Positions 34,362 to 44,605 of a stretch of 64,000 nt of DNA are shown in pieces (within the stretch, counting starts at the first letter, position 1; each line of letters starts with the position of its first letter). A program made the position numbers and the translations under genes. The stretch is from Candidatus Binataceae bacterium (GTDB taxonomy: Bacteria > Desulfobacterota > Binatia > Binatales > Binataceae). Location: the NCBI GenBank assembly GCA_963798375.1, contig CAWCTG010000007.1:7851-71850 (forward strand). Direction: 5' to 3'. The notes below the pieces were generated by a model that worked only from the letters and a program-made list of their open reading frames with translations, was not told the DNA's origin and searched no databases.

Positions 34362-35945
34362 TCATCCGGTTTCCACGATGACGGCTTCGTTTGCGGCGAG
34401 CGCCAAGGCAGATTCCGTGGACTTAACCGGGCGAGCGGCGATCGTGCTCAGCAGAATTTTGCCCGCGGGCAGATCGATCTCGCGCGGCTCGGCGGTGAAA
34501 TTCAGCGCGACGACCAGGTGCTGCGCGGGCGTATCGCGATGGAACACGAGACAATCTTCGGGCGCTCTATCGACGGCGCGATAGCTGCCCTCGACCAGCG
34601 CCGGCGTTGATTTGCGGAGTTGGATCAGCCGGCGATAGAGCGAGAGCATCGAGTGTGGATCGTTCAGCTGGCGTGCGACGTTGACGGCCTTGAAGTCTCC
34701 GCACGGCAGCCATGTGCTCGCGCTCGCGGAGAATCCGCCGTTGCGCGCGTCGGACCATTGCATTGGCGAGCGGCAACCGTCGCGTCCGACCGGATCGCGT
34801 TGGCGATCGGCGGTAATTTCCGCGTCGCGCATCCCGATTTCTTCGCCGTAGTAAATGAAGGGCGTGCCGCGCAAAGCCAGAATCATTACCGCGGCGACGC
34901 GGGCGCGTGCGTCACCGTCGCCATCGTGCGAGTAGCGCGAGATATGGCGCGGGAAATCGTGATTCGAGAGCGTCCAGGTGGGCCATGCGCCGGGTCCGAA
35001 GGACTTTTCAGTCAGCTCGATCGCGGCGCGGAACCGGCGCGCGTCGTAGCGCGCGAGCAGAAAGCGAAAGTTGAACGCGAGCTGAAGTTCGTCGGGCCGC
35101 AGATAGTCCGCCAGCCGTTCCTGCTCGCGCGGCCACGTCTCGCCGACCATCATCCGCCGTTCATAACTGTCGGTGACGCGGCGCAACCCGCGAATGATTT
35201 CGTGAACCTCGGGCCGGTCCGAACTGTACAGCGGATCCTGCGAGCCCTCCGCGTACCACGGGATGTCGGCGTCGCGCTTGACGCGGACCGGATTGTCGCG
35301 CAGCTGGTCGTCCTTGATGAGCCCCTGGATTACGTCGATGCGAAAACCGTCAGCGCCGCGATCGAGCCAGAAGCGGATGACGCCATGAATTGCCTCGACC
35401 ACTTCGGGAGTTCGAAAATTCAGGTCGGGCTGCTGCTCGAGGAACGTGTGCAAGTACCATGACGCGGTGGCGGGGTCGTATTTCCACGCCGTACCGCCGA
35501 AGTAGCTCTGCCAGTTGCTGGGCGGGCGATCCGGCAGGCCGGGAATCCAGATGTACCAGTCGCGTTTGGGATTGGTGCGCGACGCGCGCGACTCGACGAA
35601 CCATGGATGCCGATTCGAGGTATGATTGGGCACCAGATCGACGATCACGCGGATGCCGCGTCGATGCGCCTGTGCGACCAGGCGATCGAAGGCGGCGAGA
35701 TCGCCCAGATCCGGGTGGATGCCGCAGTAGTCGCTGATGTCGTAGCCCCAGTCGTCGAGCGGCGACGGATTGATGGGGTTCAGCCAGATGGCGTCGATGC
35801 CGAGCGAGTTCGGCGTGCCGTCATTGAGATAGTCGAGATGCGCGGTAACGCCGTCGAGATCGCCGACGCCGTCTCCGTTCGAATCGGCAAACGAGCGCGG
35901 ATAGATCTGATAGAAAACGGCGCGCTGCCACCACTGGAGAGCCAT
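34362..35945 (-). CDS. GH13 alpha-glucosidase / oligo-1,6-glucosidase / trehalose-synthase-like alpha-amylase family enzyme
   Basis: FYQIYPRSFADSNGDGVGDL...GIDAIWLNP...GFRIDV... are GH13 conserved regions. Confidence 0.85.
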   Translation of the reverse strand: MALQWWQRAVFYQIYPRSFADSNGDGVGDLDGVTAHLDYLNDGTPNSLGIDAIWLNPINPSPLDDWGYDISDYCGIHPDLGDLAAFDRLVAQAHRRGIRVIVDLVPNHTSNRHPWFVESRASRTNPKRDWYIWIPGLPDRPPSNWQSYFGGTAWKYDPATASWYLHTFLEQQPDLNFRTPEVVEAIHGVIRFWLDRGADGFRIDVIQGLIKDDQLRDNPVRVKRDADIPWYAEGSQDPLYSSDRPEVHEIIRGLRRVTDSYERRMMVGETWPREQERLADYLRPDELQLAFNFRFLLARYDARRFRAAIELTEKSFGPGAWPTWTLSNHDFPRHISRYSHDGDGDARARVAAVMILALRGTPFIYYGEEIGMRDAEITADRQRDPVGRDGCRSPMQWSDARNGGFSASASTWLPCGDFKAVNVARQLNDPHSMLSLYRRLIQLRKSTPALVEGSYRAVDRAPEDCLVFHRDTPAQHLVVALNFTAEPREIDLPAGKILLSTIAARPVKSTESALALAANEAVIVETG

Positions 35946-35967
35946 CGCACGGTTCGCGGCGGCGCGA

Positions 35968-36993
35968 TCAGCCGCAGCGTGAACCCATCATGTCGGCGAA
36001 GTTGGTGGCGTAGAATCTTTCCTTCGCCGCCTCCGAAAGATTCGGCGTTGACAGTTCGAACCGCTTGAGCGGATTTCGGCCGCCCTCGATGTGCGGGTAG
36101 TCCGACGAGAACATGCATACTTCCGGGCCGGCCTGCTCGACAATCCATCCCACGGGTTCATGCGGATAGGGCGTGAAGCGTAGATTGCGGCGGACGTAAT
36201 CGGACGCCTTCATTGGCAAGCGCAGATATTCTTCCGATTTCACGAACGTTTCCTGCGAGATGTCCAGACGGCGCAGCCACGGCACGATCCACATCGCGCC
36301 CTGCTCGATGCATCCCCCGCGCAGCCGCGGGAACTGTTCGAAGATGCCGTCGAGTACCATCGTCGAGAGAAAAATCTCCGGCATCATGTGGATCGCCATG
36401 AAATCTTTGGAGCGGATGTTCTCGCCGCCGCCGAGGAAGTCGGTCACCGGGCGATCGTTGTTGTGAAATGCGCGCGGGATCGGGCGGCCGCCGCCGCCGA
36501 CGTGCAACATGAAGGGTACGCCGGCGTCCTGCAGGCGCGCCCATACGCCGTTGAAGTCGGGATGCGTCGGAGACTTTTTGCCCGGCGGTAGCGAGGGGAC
36601 GTGAATCGCGGCGCATCCCAGGCGGATCGCTTCGTCGATTTCCTTTTCGGCGAGTTCGGGGATGTCGAGCGGCACGAAGCCGACCGCAAGCAGGCGCTTG
36701 TCACCGTGGCAGAAGTCGGCGATCGCGCGGTTGTGCGCGCGCGTGCCTCCGTAGAGGACCTCGGGCGTCGAGCGAACCTGGTCGAACTCGCCCCAAAAAT
36801 GCGTGATTGCGAAGGTGGTGAAGACCAACTGGGAGTTGAAGCCGAGCAGATCGAGGGCGCGGCGGCGTTCGTCGGGATCGAAAGCGCCGAGCGCTTCCCA
36901 TCCCTTGCGCAGCATCAGGTTCTGCTCGGCGTCGGCGACGGCGGCGGGATCGTTGTGGCGATCGGCGGCATGCGCGATCGCTTTTTCCACCAT
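35968..36993 (-). CDS. amidohydrolase family 2 (metal-dependent hydrolase); N-terminus probably continues in another frame to about 37127
   Basis: C-terminal HxD and D motifs of the amidohydrolase_2 TIM barrel. The upstream ORF (36915..37166, MPYAEGRIFNDADSHVMETQDW) looks like its true N-terminus. A G5 run at 36998-37002 separates it from this frame. Confidence 0.7.
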   Translation of the reverse strand: MVEKAIAHAADRHNDPAAVADAEQNLMLRKGWEALGAFDPDERRRALDLLGFNSQLVFTTFAITHFWGEFDQVRSTPEVLYGGTRAHNRAIADFCHGDKRLLAVGFVPLDIPELAEKEIDEAIRLGCAAIHVPSLPPGKKSPTHPDFNGVWARLQDAGVPFMLHVGGGGRPIPRAFHNNDRPVTDFLGGGENIRSKDFMAIHMMPEIFLSTMVLDGIFEQFPRLRGGCIEQGAMWIVPWLRRLDISQETFVKSEEYLRLPMKASDYVRRNLRFTPYPHEPVGWIVEQAGPEVCMFSSDYPHIEGGRNPLKRFELSTPNLSEAAKERFYATNFADMMGSRCG

Positions 36994-37297
36994 CCTGCCC
37001 CCGAGCCGAGCGCGAGCGGATGCAGCTTCGCGCGGATATCGGGGTCGGCGTGGGAAATCAGCCAGTCCTGAGTTTCCATGACGTGGCTGTCGGCGTCGTT
37101 GAAGATTCTGCCTTCGGCGTATGGCATCGCGATAACCTCGGCGCTCGTCGAATACGCGCGGCGCACAGGTCAGGGAGCGCGCCTGCGCGTTTCGATTTCA
37201 AGATAGTGGAGGACGGGTGTGGCGTACAGAGGGGCAGCCAGCGAGCGATCGATCCCGATTACTTGTCGATTCCCAAGTCCCGCAGGCATTCGTACGA

Positions 37298-37543
37298 TCA
37301 CTTGTCCGTGAAGCCGAGATCGTTCAGGCGGTCGCGCGCGTTTTTGGCGGCGTCGCGATGAACCATCAGGCGGGTCGGTACCGCGGCGGTCATACCGAGC
37401 AGCCGCGACGATCCGGCGTCAAAGACGAATGATTCGATGCCGGCCTCGTTAAGGTAGTCGTGAGCCATCCGGACCGGTGTCGGATCGATGCTGGCGAATA
37501 TCTCCTCGAGTTCGGATGGATCGGGCGGTTCTATTCCGGGCAT
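37298..37543 (-). CDS. DUF2007-like small putative signal-transduction protein
   Basis: About 80 aa with ...AHDYLNEAGIESFVFD...LMVHRDAAKNARDRL pattern. Confidence 0.45.
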   Translation of the reverse strand: MPGIEPPDPSELEEIFASIDPTPVRMAHDYLNEAGIESFVFDAGSSRLLGMTAAVPTRLMVHRDAAKNARDRLNDLGFTDK

Positions 37544-37570
37544 TTGGTTCCTTTCCTGGTCGCGATGCAC

Positions 37571-38206
37571 TCAATTGGCGGAAGTCGATGCGGACGCGAC
37601 TCCCTTCAGCCGATTATAGATGAGAGCGCCGCCGCCCACTATCAAGAGTATCGCGATCAATGCGTCGAAGCGATGAAAATACGGCGCGAGATCCTTCCAG
37701 TGCTGCCCGAGTTTCATCCCGCCGTAGGACAGCGCGAGACACCATATGTACGACCCGAGCAGCGTGTAGATGGTGAACGGGACGAGTTTCATCCGCGATA
37801 CGCCCGCGGGAAATGCGATGAAGGTGCGCACTACCGGCAGCATGCGGCTCCAGAAGACGGTGTGCGAACCCCATCGCGCGAAAAAGTGGTCGGCGGTTTC
37901 AAGTTCGTGCTGAGCGATGAGGACGTAGCGGCCGTAGCGCTCGATGAAAGGGCGGCCGCCCCAGGAGCCGACGAAATACGCGACGTACGAGCCGAGCAGG
38001 CATCCGACGGCCCCCGCTATCGCGACCATATTCAGACCGAAGCGGCCGGTGGCGACCAGGTAGCCCGAGAACGGCATGATGATTTCGGAGGGCAGCGGAA
38101 TGCATGCGCTTTCGATCGCCATCATCAGTACCACCCCGCCGTAACCGAGCGCAGAGATCGTCGCGATGATGAGGGCGGAGAGCCCGGAGACTATTTTGTC
38201 GAGCAT
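37571..38206 (-). CDS. DedA family (SNARE-associated / TVP38) membrane protein
   Basis: GYGGVVLMMAIESACIPLPSEIIMPFSGYL is the DedA signature. Confidence 0.85.
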   Translation of the reverse strand: MLDKIVSGLSALIIATISALGYGGVVLMMAIESACIPLPSEIIMPFSGYLVATGRFGLNMVAIAGAVGCLLGSYVAYFVGSWGGRPFIERYGRYVLIAQHELETADHFFARWGSHTVFWSRMLPVVRTFIAFPAGVSRMKLVPFTIYTLLGSYIWCLALSYGGMKLGQHWKDLAPYFHRFDALIAILLIVGGGALIYNRLKGVASASTSAN

Positions 38207-38399
38207 TTTTTCGATGCGCTCTTACAGCGAAAGCGCAAGCGCACAGAGTGGCACGGCGCGGCGGCGGTTGCGAGACGACGGGCAGCTTAAAAAGGGCATG
38301 CGGCGGCCTTGGACAGCAAATGCCGCATACTTGTATATATGTGAAACGGGAATGTCACCAACCAGACGTCACATCACAAACCCAGTTGAGGCAACACCA

Positions 38400-39731
38400 A
38401 TGGCAAACAACACGTTGACAATTACCGACAATCGGACCGGCAAGAAATACGAGATACCGATCGAGGAGGGCGAAGTGATTCGCGCGATGGATTTGCGTCA
38501 AATCAAGACCGGCGCCGACGACTTCGGCCTGATGACCTACGATCCGTCGTTCGGCAACACGGCGTCCTGCCGCAGCCGGATCACGTTCATCGACGGCGAC
38601 AAGGGGATACTGCGCTATCGCGGTTATCCGATCGAAGAACTCGCCGAGAAAAGCACTTACCTCGAGACCGCGTACCTGATCGTCAAGGGTGAGCTGCCGG
38701 ACCAGGCGCATTACGAGCGCTGGAAGCACAACATCACGATTCACACGATGGTGCATGAGAATATCAAGATGTTCATGGAGGGGTTCCGCTACGACTCCCA
38801 TCCGATGGGGATGTTGCTCAGTACCGTCGGCGCGCTCTCGACCTTCTATTCCGACGCCAGCGATATTCACGACCTCGAATCGCGCCGGCTGCAGACCCGT
38901 CGCATCATCGGCAAGATTCCGACCCTGGCGGCGTTCGCGTATCGGCATACCAAGGGACTTCCTTACGTCTATCCCGACAACGAACTCAGCTACACCGGCA
39001 ATCTGCTTTCGATGCTGTTCAAAATGACCGAGCTCACATACAAGCCGAACCCGGTGCTCGAGCGCGCGCTCGACGTGCTCTTCATCCTGCACGCCGATCA
39101 CGAGCAGAACTGCTCCACCAATGCGATGCGCGCGGTGGGCAGCTCGCAGCCCGATCCCTACGCGTGCGCGGCCGCTGCTATCGCAGCGCTTTACGGCCCC
39201 TTGCACGGCGGCGCGAACGAAGCTGCAATCCGGATGCTTATGGAAATCGGTTCGGTGTCGGCGATTCCCGCGCTGATCAGGAAGGTCAAGGAGGGTGAGC
39301 GCCGGCTGATGGGCTTTGGGCATCGTGTGTACAAAAACTACGATCCGCGCGCGAAAATCCTCAAGCATTTTGCGGCGCAGGTGTTCGAGGTGACGGGGCG
39401 CAATCCGCTGATCGATATAGCGGTAGAGCTGGAACGAATCGCGCTCCAGGACGACTATTTCATCTCGCACAAGTTGTATCCCAACGTCGATTTCTATTCG
39501 GGAATAATTTACCAGGCGATGGGCTTCCCGATGACGATGTTCCCGGTGTTGTTCGCGATCCCGCGGATTTCCGGATGGATGGCGCAATGGGCGGAGATGG
39601 TGCGCGATCCCGAACAGAAGATCGCACGGCCGCGCCAAGTCTATATCGGCGAATCGACGCGCCACTACGCCCCGATACAGTCGCGGCCCAAGCCGACGCA
39701 GCACGAAGATGCGGTTAGCGAGGCAATCTAA
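38400..39731 (+). CDS. gltA: citrate synthase (type II)
   Basis: MANNTLTITDNRTGKKYE N-terminus. GFGHRVYK and catalytic His/Asp regions present. Confidence 0.9.
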   Translation: MANNTLTITDNRTGKKYEIPIEEGEVIRAMDLRQIKTGADDFGLMTYDPSFGNTASCRSRITFIDGDKGILRYRGYPIEELAEKSTYLETAYLIVKGELPDQAHYERWKHNITIHTMVHENIKMFMEGFRYDSHPMGMLLSTVGALSTFYSDASDIHDLESRRLQTRRIIGKIPTLAAFAYRHTKGLPYVYPDNELSYTGNLLSMLFKMTELTYKPNPVLERALDVLFILHADHEQNCSTNAMRAVGSSQPDPYACAAAAIAALYGPLHGGANEAAIRMLMEIGSVSAIPALIRKVKEGERRLMGFGHRVYKNYDPRAKILKHFAAQVFEVTGRNPLIDIAVELERIALQDDYFISHKLYPNVDFYSGIIYQAMGFPMTMFPVLFAIPRISGWMAQWAEMVRDPEQKIARPRQVYIGESTRHYAPIQSRPKPTQHEDAVSEAI

Positions 39732-39816
39732 CGCCGGTTAGATGATTTCAAAAGCGTCGCGCGACGGCGACGGTGGCGAGCCGGTAGCGCGCGGCGCTGT
39801 TATAGCGAGTGCTTCA

Positions 39817-39846
39817 GGGGCGGTTATCGAACCGCCCCTCTTTCTT
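39817..39846 (+). terminator. rho-independent terminator after gltA
   Basis: GGGGCGGTT-atcga-AACCGCCCC followed by TCTTTCTT. Confidence 0.6.
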
Positions 39847-40198
39847 GGACGTAGGGCATCCGTTCAGATTGTGCGGCCGGTTAAGTGTCAGCCACCGCGC
39901 CGTCGTTTTTGATTTCAATAGCTTCGTACGCCATCGCAGATCGCCTCCCGGAATCGACGGGCAGCTCGCAGGATTTTGAAGTGCGGCGCTGAGTTATTTT
40001 GCCCGTCTCTCGCTAACCATAACGCAATCTGATGCATCTTCGGCAAGATTCTCAACCTGTGATGGGCGGGAATCGTCAGTATTGACTTCTGAGTGACACG
40101 GTTAGAGGCTGCATTGTGGGCTTTTGTGCGACATCGAGCGATATGGCTCGCTTAAAAGGGAATTGATATATCTCCCCGAGGGGAGGCTTGGCGTTACG

Positions 40199-40432
40199 AT
40201 GGCATCCTCGGAAGAAATTCTGACCATCACTGAGTTGTCGGAGCATCTTCGCGTCCATCCGACTACGATTTACCGCTTGCTGCGCGAAGGACGAATACCG
40301 GGCTTCCGCGTCGGCAGCGCGTGGCGATTCAGCCGCGCGGCGATCGAAATATGGGAGCACGGGCCAGCAGGGCAAATCGACGAAAAACCCTTGCCCGCGC
40401 GCAAATCCAAAGGCCGCAAGGCGCGAAAGTAG
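40199..40432 (+). CDS. excisionase-family helix-turn-helix DNA-binding protein (paralogue of 15628)
   Basis: LTITELSEHLRVHPTTIYRLLREGRIPGFRVGSAWRF. GGGGAGG Shine-Dalgarno. Basic C-terminal tail. Confidence 0.7.
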   Translation: MASSEEILTITELSEHLRVHPTTIYRLLREGRIPGFRVGSAWRFSRAAIEIWEHGPAGQIDEKPLPARKSKGRKARK

Positions 40433-40533
40433 CCGGCAAACCATTCTCCGCGCGCCTGCTTTTCTGTCATCCTCAGCGAAGTCGAGCGGTCATGCTCCAC
40501 TCGGACTGACAGAAGGAAAAAGGACGGCGCGAC

Positions 40534-41343
40534 GTGGACTCCAGCGAAAACGCAAGCTTGGGAAATCGCAGACCTTCTCCGGTAGCCGAGTACTTCGGCC
40601 GCTTAGCCGCCACTTATGGCGATGGCGAGTACTACGGGAATCGGCGCCGCGCCGTGCTCGAGACGATCGCGGAGGAAATCGCGGATGCGCGCGACGTGCT
40701 CGACGTCGGATGCGGCAATGGCACCTATCTCGCGAAGTTTGCGGCGGCGCCCGGAAATCGCCGGGTGACCGGCGCCGACTTGTCAATCGACATGCTGCTG
40801 TCCGCGCGCAATCGAGTCGGCGTGAAATGCCGGCTGCTCTGCGCGGACGTGTCACGACTGCCGTTCAAGCCGGCGTCGTTCGATTTAATTTTCGCCAGCC
40901 ACGTGCTTCAGTTCGTCGCGGATCTCGATGGCGTCGTGGCGGAGATCGCGCGATGCGTGCGGCCCGGCGGCGTGTTGGTGGCAACAGGCAGGCGGGAGGA
41001 CAGTGTTCGCCAGATGCTGAGCGCGATCGTCGGTCCGGACCGATGGCGCGAATATCGCGAGGTGATTTTCCAGCGCGCGCCCCGGCGCGAGGCAGCTGCC
41101 GGTCCCGATGATCGCTACCAGCGGGCGTTCGCCAAGTCCGGTCTGCGTGTCGAGGAACGCGCGGCGCCATTTACGATCCAGTGGGTGGATATCGAAGAGT
41201 GGATCAGGATCAGATGGATGCCTGTGATACCGGAGGGCGAGCGCCAACAGGCCGACGCGATGCTGGCGGAAGTCGCCAAAGCGGGCGCGTCGCGGAGCTT
41301 GACGCTGCACGAACCGCTGATCCTTGGGATGCGGGATGTATGA
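40534..41343 (+). CDS. class I SAM-dependent methyltransferase
   Basis: VLDVGCGNGTY (motif I) and ...FDLIFASHVLQFV (motif II/III). Confidence 0.75.
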   Translation: MDSSENASLGNRRPSPVAEYFGRLAATYGDGEYYGNRRRAVLETIAEEIADARDVLDVGCGNGTYLAKFAAAPGNRRVTGADLSIDMLLSARNRVGVKCRLLCADVSRLPFKPASFDLIFASHVLQFVADLDGVVAEIARCVRPGGVLVATGRREDSVRQMLSAIVGPDRWREYREVIFQRAPRREAAAGPDDRYQRAFAKSGLRVEERAAPFTIQWVDIEEWIRIRWMPVIPEGERQQADAMLAEVAKAGASRSLTLHEPLILGMRDV

Positions 41344-41400
41344 GTCTGGCGCCGTTTGACAAGTGCGCGGTCAACCTAATAGCTAACGCACTTAAAGCAA

Positions 41401-42237
41401 ATGGCGGAGAGTTTCGCGCCGATGCCAACGAAATACACCGACGTAAAAAGATACGCGACCTACTACTTCTATCGCGGCGCTACGACGCTGCCCGACGTGG
41501 TGCCGGACTTTTCACGCGGCCGCAAGATCGTGTTCGTTCACGGCGCCGGCTCCAACGGTCACACTTGGCATCGCCAGATCGACGCGTTCGGCGGTCGGCA
41601 CAGTCCGATCGCGCTCGATCTGCCCGGCCATGGACGCTCGGCGGGCGTCGAGGGACTGCGCACGGTTCAGGACTATGCCGACTTCGTTGCGGCTTTTCTT
41701 GACATGTTGAAGATCAAGGCGGCGGTGATACTGGGGCATTCGATGGGCGGCGCGATTGCGATGGACCTGGCACTTCGGCACCCCGCGCGTGTCGAGGCGT
41801 TGATCCTCAGTTGTACGGCGCCGAAGTTCAACATCGCGGCCGATCGAATCGAGGCACTACGGGCAATCACGATGGGCCGGGCGCCGCAGGCCTTCAACAC
41901 TGACGGCTACTCGCCCCGGACGCTGAAGGAAAACTTCGACGTCGTCCGCGAAGGCTGGATGGAACAAATCAAGACCGATCCGCGCGTGCGCTACACCGAC
42001 ATCGTCGCGTGCTCGCAGCTCGATTTGCGCGACGCGATCGGAAAGATCGACAAACCGGCGCTGGTGATTGCCGGCGCCGACGACCAGGGCACCACGCCGG
42101 CCGACGCGGCGTTTATCGCGGGGATGATTCGCGGCGCAACCTGCAAGATTGTCGCCGACGCCGGTCACTATATCCCGCGCGAGCGTCCCGCCGAGTACAA
42201 CGCCGCGATCGAACAGTTCGTCGGCGAACTGAAGTAG
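41401..42237 (+). CDS. alpha/beta-fold hydrolase
   Basis: IVFVHGAGSNGHTW, nucleophile elbow GHSMGG, and C-terminal Asp/His. Confidence 0.8.
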   Translation: MAESFAPMPTKYTDVKRYATYYFYRGATTLPDVVPDFSRGRKIVFVHGAGSNGHTWHRQIDAFGGRHSPIALDLPGHGRSAGVEGLRTVQDYADFVAAFLDMLKIKAAVILGHSMGGAIAMDLALRHPARVEALILSCTAPKFNIAADRIEALRAITMGRAPQAFNTDGYSPRTLKENFDVVREGWMEQIKTDPRVRYTDIVACSQLDLRDAIGKIDKPALVIAGADDQGTTPADAAFIAGMIRGATCKIVADAGHYIPRERPAEYNAAIEQFVGELK

Positions 42238-42246
42238 GAATTCGCG

Positions 42247-43410
42247 ATGAGTTTAAGCCGCAAAACCGCAGTGGCCGGCGTGTATGAGCATCCTACCCGC
42301 TTCGCGCCGGACAAAAGTCTGTTTCAGATAATGGCGGAGAGCGTGCGTGGCGCGCTGGACGACGCCGGGTTGACGATCAAGGACGTGAACGGGCTGTGCA
42401 CGACCGGAATCGGGATGAGCGGGATGGGAATCGTCGGCTTCTGCGATTACCTGAACCTGACGCCGAACTTTGTCGACTCGACTTCGATCGGCGGGTCGTC
42501 GTTTGTGGCGCACACCGCGCACGCGGCGGCCGCTATCCACGCCGGGCTGTGCGACGTATGCGTGGTGGCGTATGGCTCTACCGCGGCCTCGTCGCGGTTT
42601 GCGATTGGCACCGGCGGAGACCGCGGCGGCGCAGGCGATCCGTGCGACCAGTACGAGATTCCGTTCGGGCCGACTACCGTCGGGGCGTACGCGATGATCG
42701 CGCAGCGCCATATGCATGACTACGGGACGACCTCCGAGCAGCTGGCCGAAATAGCGGTCACGATGCGCCTGCATGCGTCCATGAATCCGGCCGCCAAGTA
42801 CCGCGACCCGATCACGGTGGAAGACGTGCTCGCGTCGCGAATCATCTCGTCGCCGCTGCATCTGCTGGATTGCTGCATCATCAGCGACGGCGGCGGCGCG
42901 TTGGTGATAACGTCGGCGGAGCGCGCGCGCGATTTGAAGAAAAAGCCGGTTTACATTCTCGGCGCGGGCGAGACGGTGCGGCACGCGGCGCGCGGGCAGC
43001 GCGATTTTCTGGAAATCGCGGCGGCGCAATCGGGACGGCTGGCGTTCGAGCGCGCCGGCGTCGCGCACAAGGACATCGACATGGCGATGATCTACGACTC
43101 GTTCACGATCACCGTGCTGGCCACGCTGGAGAATCTCGGCTTTTGCAAGCGCGGCGAAGGCGGGGCGTTCGTGTCGGGCGGACGGCTGCGCTTCGACGGC
43201 GAATTTCCGATCAACACCGACGGCGGAGGGTTGTCGTCGAATCATCCGGGGATGCGCGGAATCTTCCTGGTGATCGAGGCGGCCAGACAACTGCGCGGCG
43301 AATGCGGTCCGCGGCAGGTAAAGGATTGCAAAATCGCACTCGCGCACGGCACCGGCGGCACGCTCGGCACGCGCCATTCGGGCGCGACGCTTATCCTCAG
43401 CAATCAGTAA
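42247..43410 (+). CDS. thiolase-like protein (SCP-x/Ltp2-type, probable aldolase/thiolase partner of DUF35)
   Basis: Thiolase fold motifs (…NTDGGGLS…, …GHP.G.TG…). It is immediately followed by a DUF35 gene, as in Ltp2-DUF35 retro-aldolase pairs. Confidence 0.8.
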   Translation: MSLSRKTAVAGVYEHPTRFAPDKSLFQIMAESVRGALDDAGLTIKDVNGLCTTGIGMSGMGIVGFCDYLNLTPNFVDSTSIGGSSFVAHTAHAAAAIHAGLCDVCVVAYGSTAASSRFAIGTGGDRGGAGDPCDQYEIPFGPTTVGAYAMIAQRHMHDYGTTSEQLAEIAVTMRLHASMNPAAKYRDPITVEDVLASRIISSPLHLLDCCIISDGGGALVITSAERARDLKKKPVYILGAGETVRHAARGQRDFLEIAAAQSGRLAFERAGVAHKDIDMAMIYDSFTITVLATLENLGFCKRGEGGAFVSGGRLRFDGEFPINTDGGGLSSNHPGMRGIFLVIEAARQLRGECGPRQVKDCKIALAHGTGGTLGTRHSGATLILSNQ

Positions 43411-43432
43411 CCTCGGGGACGGACCAGGAATC

Positions 43433-43861
43433 ATGGCGGAACAGACGCAAGCGAAGAAATACTCCAAGCCACTCCCGCATCTCGACGAAGAGAACCGTCC
43501 GTGGTGGGAGGCGCTGCAACGGCACGAACTTTACATCCAGAAATGCGGAAGTTGCGGCGACCTCCGCTACTATCCGCGCACGCTGTGCACGAATTGCATG
43601 TCGTCGCAGGTGCAATGGATAAAATGCAGCGGGCGCGGCAAGCTCTATACCTTCACCACGACGTATCAGAACCAGGCGCCGGGCTTTCGCGAATCGCTAC
43701 CGTACATCATGGCGTACGTCGAGCTGGAGGAGGGCGTGAAAATGCTCACCAACCTTGTCGACTGCCAGCCGGAACAGGCTAAAATAGGGATGCCCGTCGA
43801 GGTCGTATTCGACGACGTCACGCCCGCGGTGACGCTCGCGAAATTTCGCCCGGCGAGGTGA
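43433..43861 (+). CDS. Zn-ribbon/OB-fold DUF35 family protein
   Basis: CGSCGDLRYYPRTLCTNC rubredoxin-like Zn ribbon followed by an OB fold. Confidence 0.8.
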   Translation: MAEQTQAKKYSKPLPHLDEENRPWWEALQRHELYIQKCGSCGDLRYYPRTLCTNCMSSQVQWIKCSGRGKLYTFTTTYQNQAPGFRESLPYIMAYVELEEGVKMLTNLVDCQPEQAKIGMPVEVVFDDVTPAVTLAKFRPAR

Positions 43862-43874
43862 GGGCTCAATCCTG

Positions 43875-44558
43875 GTGAGTACAATCCTTGATCTCCACTC
43901 GCATAGCGAAGCATCGGAAGACAGCCGCGCACCGGTAGAGGCGTACCTCAACTGGATCAAGCTGCGCCAGGCCGAGCGGCCGGTCGATGGAATCGTGCTG
44001 ACCGAGCATCGCCAGTTCAATCGCGACGCCGACTACCGACACCTCGAGGACAAATTCGGAACGCTGGTGTTGCGCGCGTCGGAAGTCGAGACCACCTACG
44101 GACACATGCTGGTGTTCGGGGTGAACGATGACATGGTGGCGCGCTTCGATTTTGCCGACGTGCGGCTCGACGCGCAGACTTTGATCGATGAAGTGGCGCG
44201 GATGGGCGGAATTGTCGTGCCGTGCCATCCCGGCCGCCCCAATATCGGGCTCTACGAGCACTATCAGTCGCGGCCGCCGCTGGAGAACGTGGTCGCGGTC
44301 GAAGCGCTCAACGGCGGCTCGCGCAAGGGCGAGGACGAGCGTAGCGCGGAATTGATCGCGAAATACGGTTTTGCCGCGACCGGCGGTTCCGACAGCCATC
44401 TGGTGAGCCTGATCGGGCTGTGCGCGACAAAATTCAGCGCGTACATCAGGACGATCGACGACCTGGTGCGGGAATTGAAGACCGGCAACTACCAGCCGGT
44501 GGACTACCGGCCGCGGCGCAAAACCGTGCCGCATGCGGTCGCGATGGAAACCAGGTAA
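43875..44558 (+). CDS. PHP (polymerase/histidinol phosphatase) domain metal-dependent phosphoesterase
   Basis: LDLHSHS...TEH...CHPGRP...GGSDSH motifs. Confidence 0.7.
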   Translation: MSTILDLHSHSEASEDSRAPVEAYLNWIKLRQAERPVDGIVLTEHRQFNRDADYRHLEDKFGTLVLRASEVETTYGHMLVFGVNDDMVARFDFADVRLDAQTLIDEVARMGGIVVPCHPGRPNIGLYEHYQSRPPLENVVAVEALNGGSRKGEDERSAELIAKYGFAATGGSDSHLVSLIGLCATKFSAYIRTIDDLVRELKTGNYQPVDYRPRRKTVPHAVAMETR

Positions 44559-44605
44559 TGCGCCGCAACGGCGATAGCGAGACAACGAAAAACGAGAAAA
44601 CTACG

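Noticed and set aside
44558-44605. Alternative start for the MaoC-N gene, overlapping the PHP stop (TAATG)
   Set aside because: Plausible by coupling, but the added 16 residues (MRRNGDSETTKNEKTT) are atypical. The ATG at 44606 was kept and the ambiguity noted.
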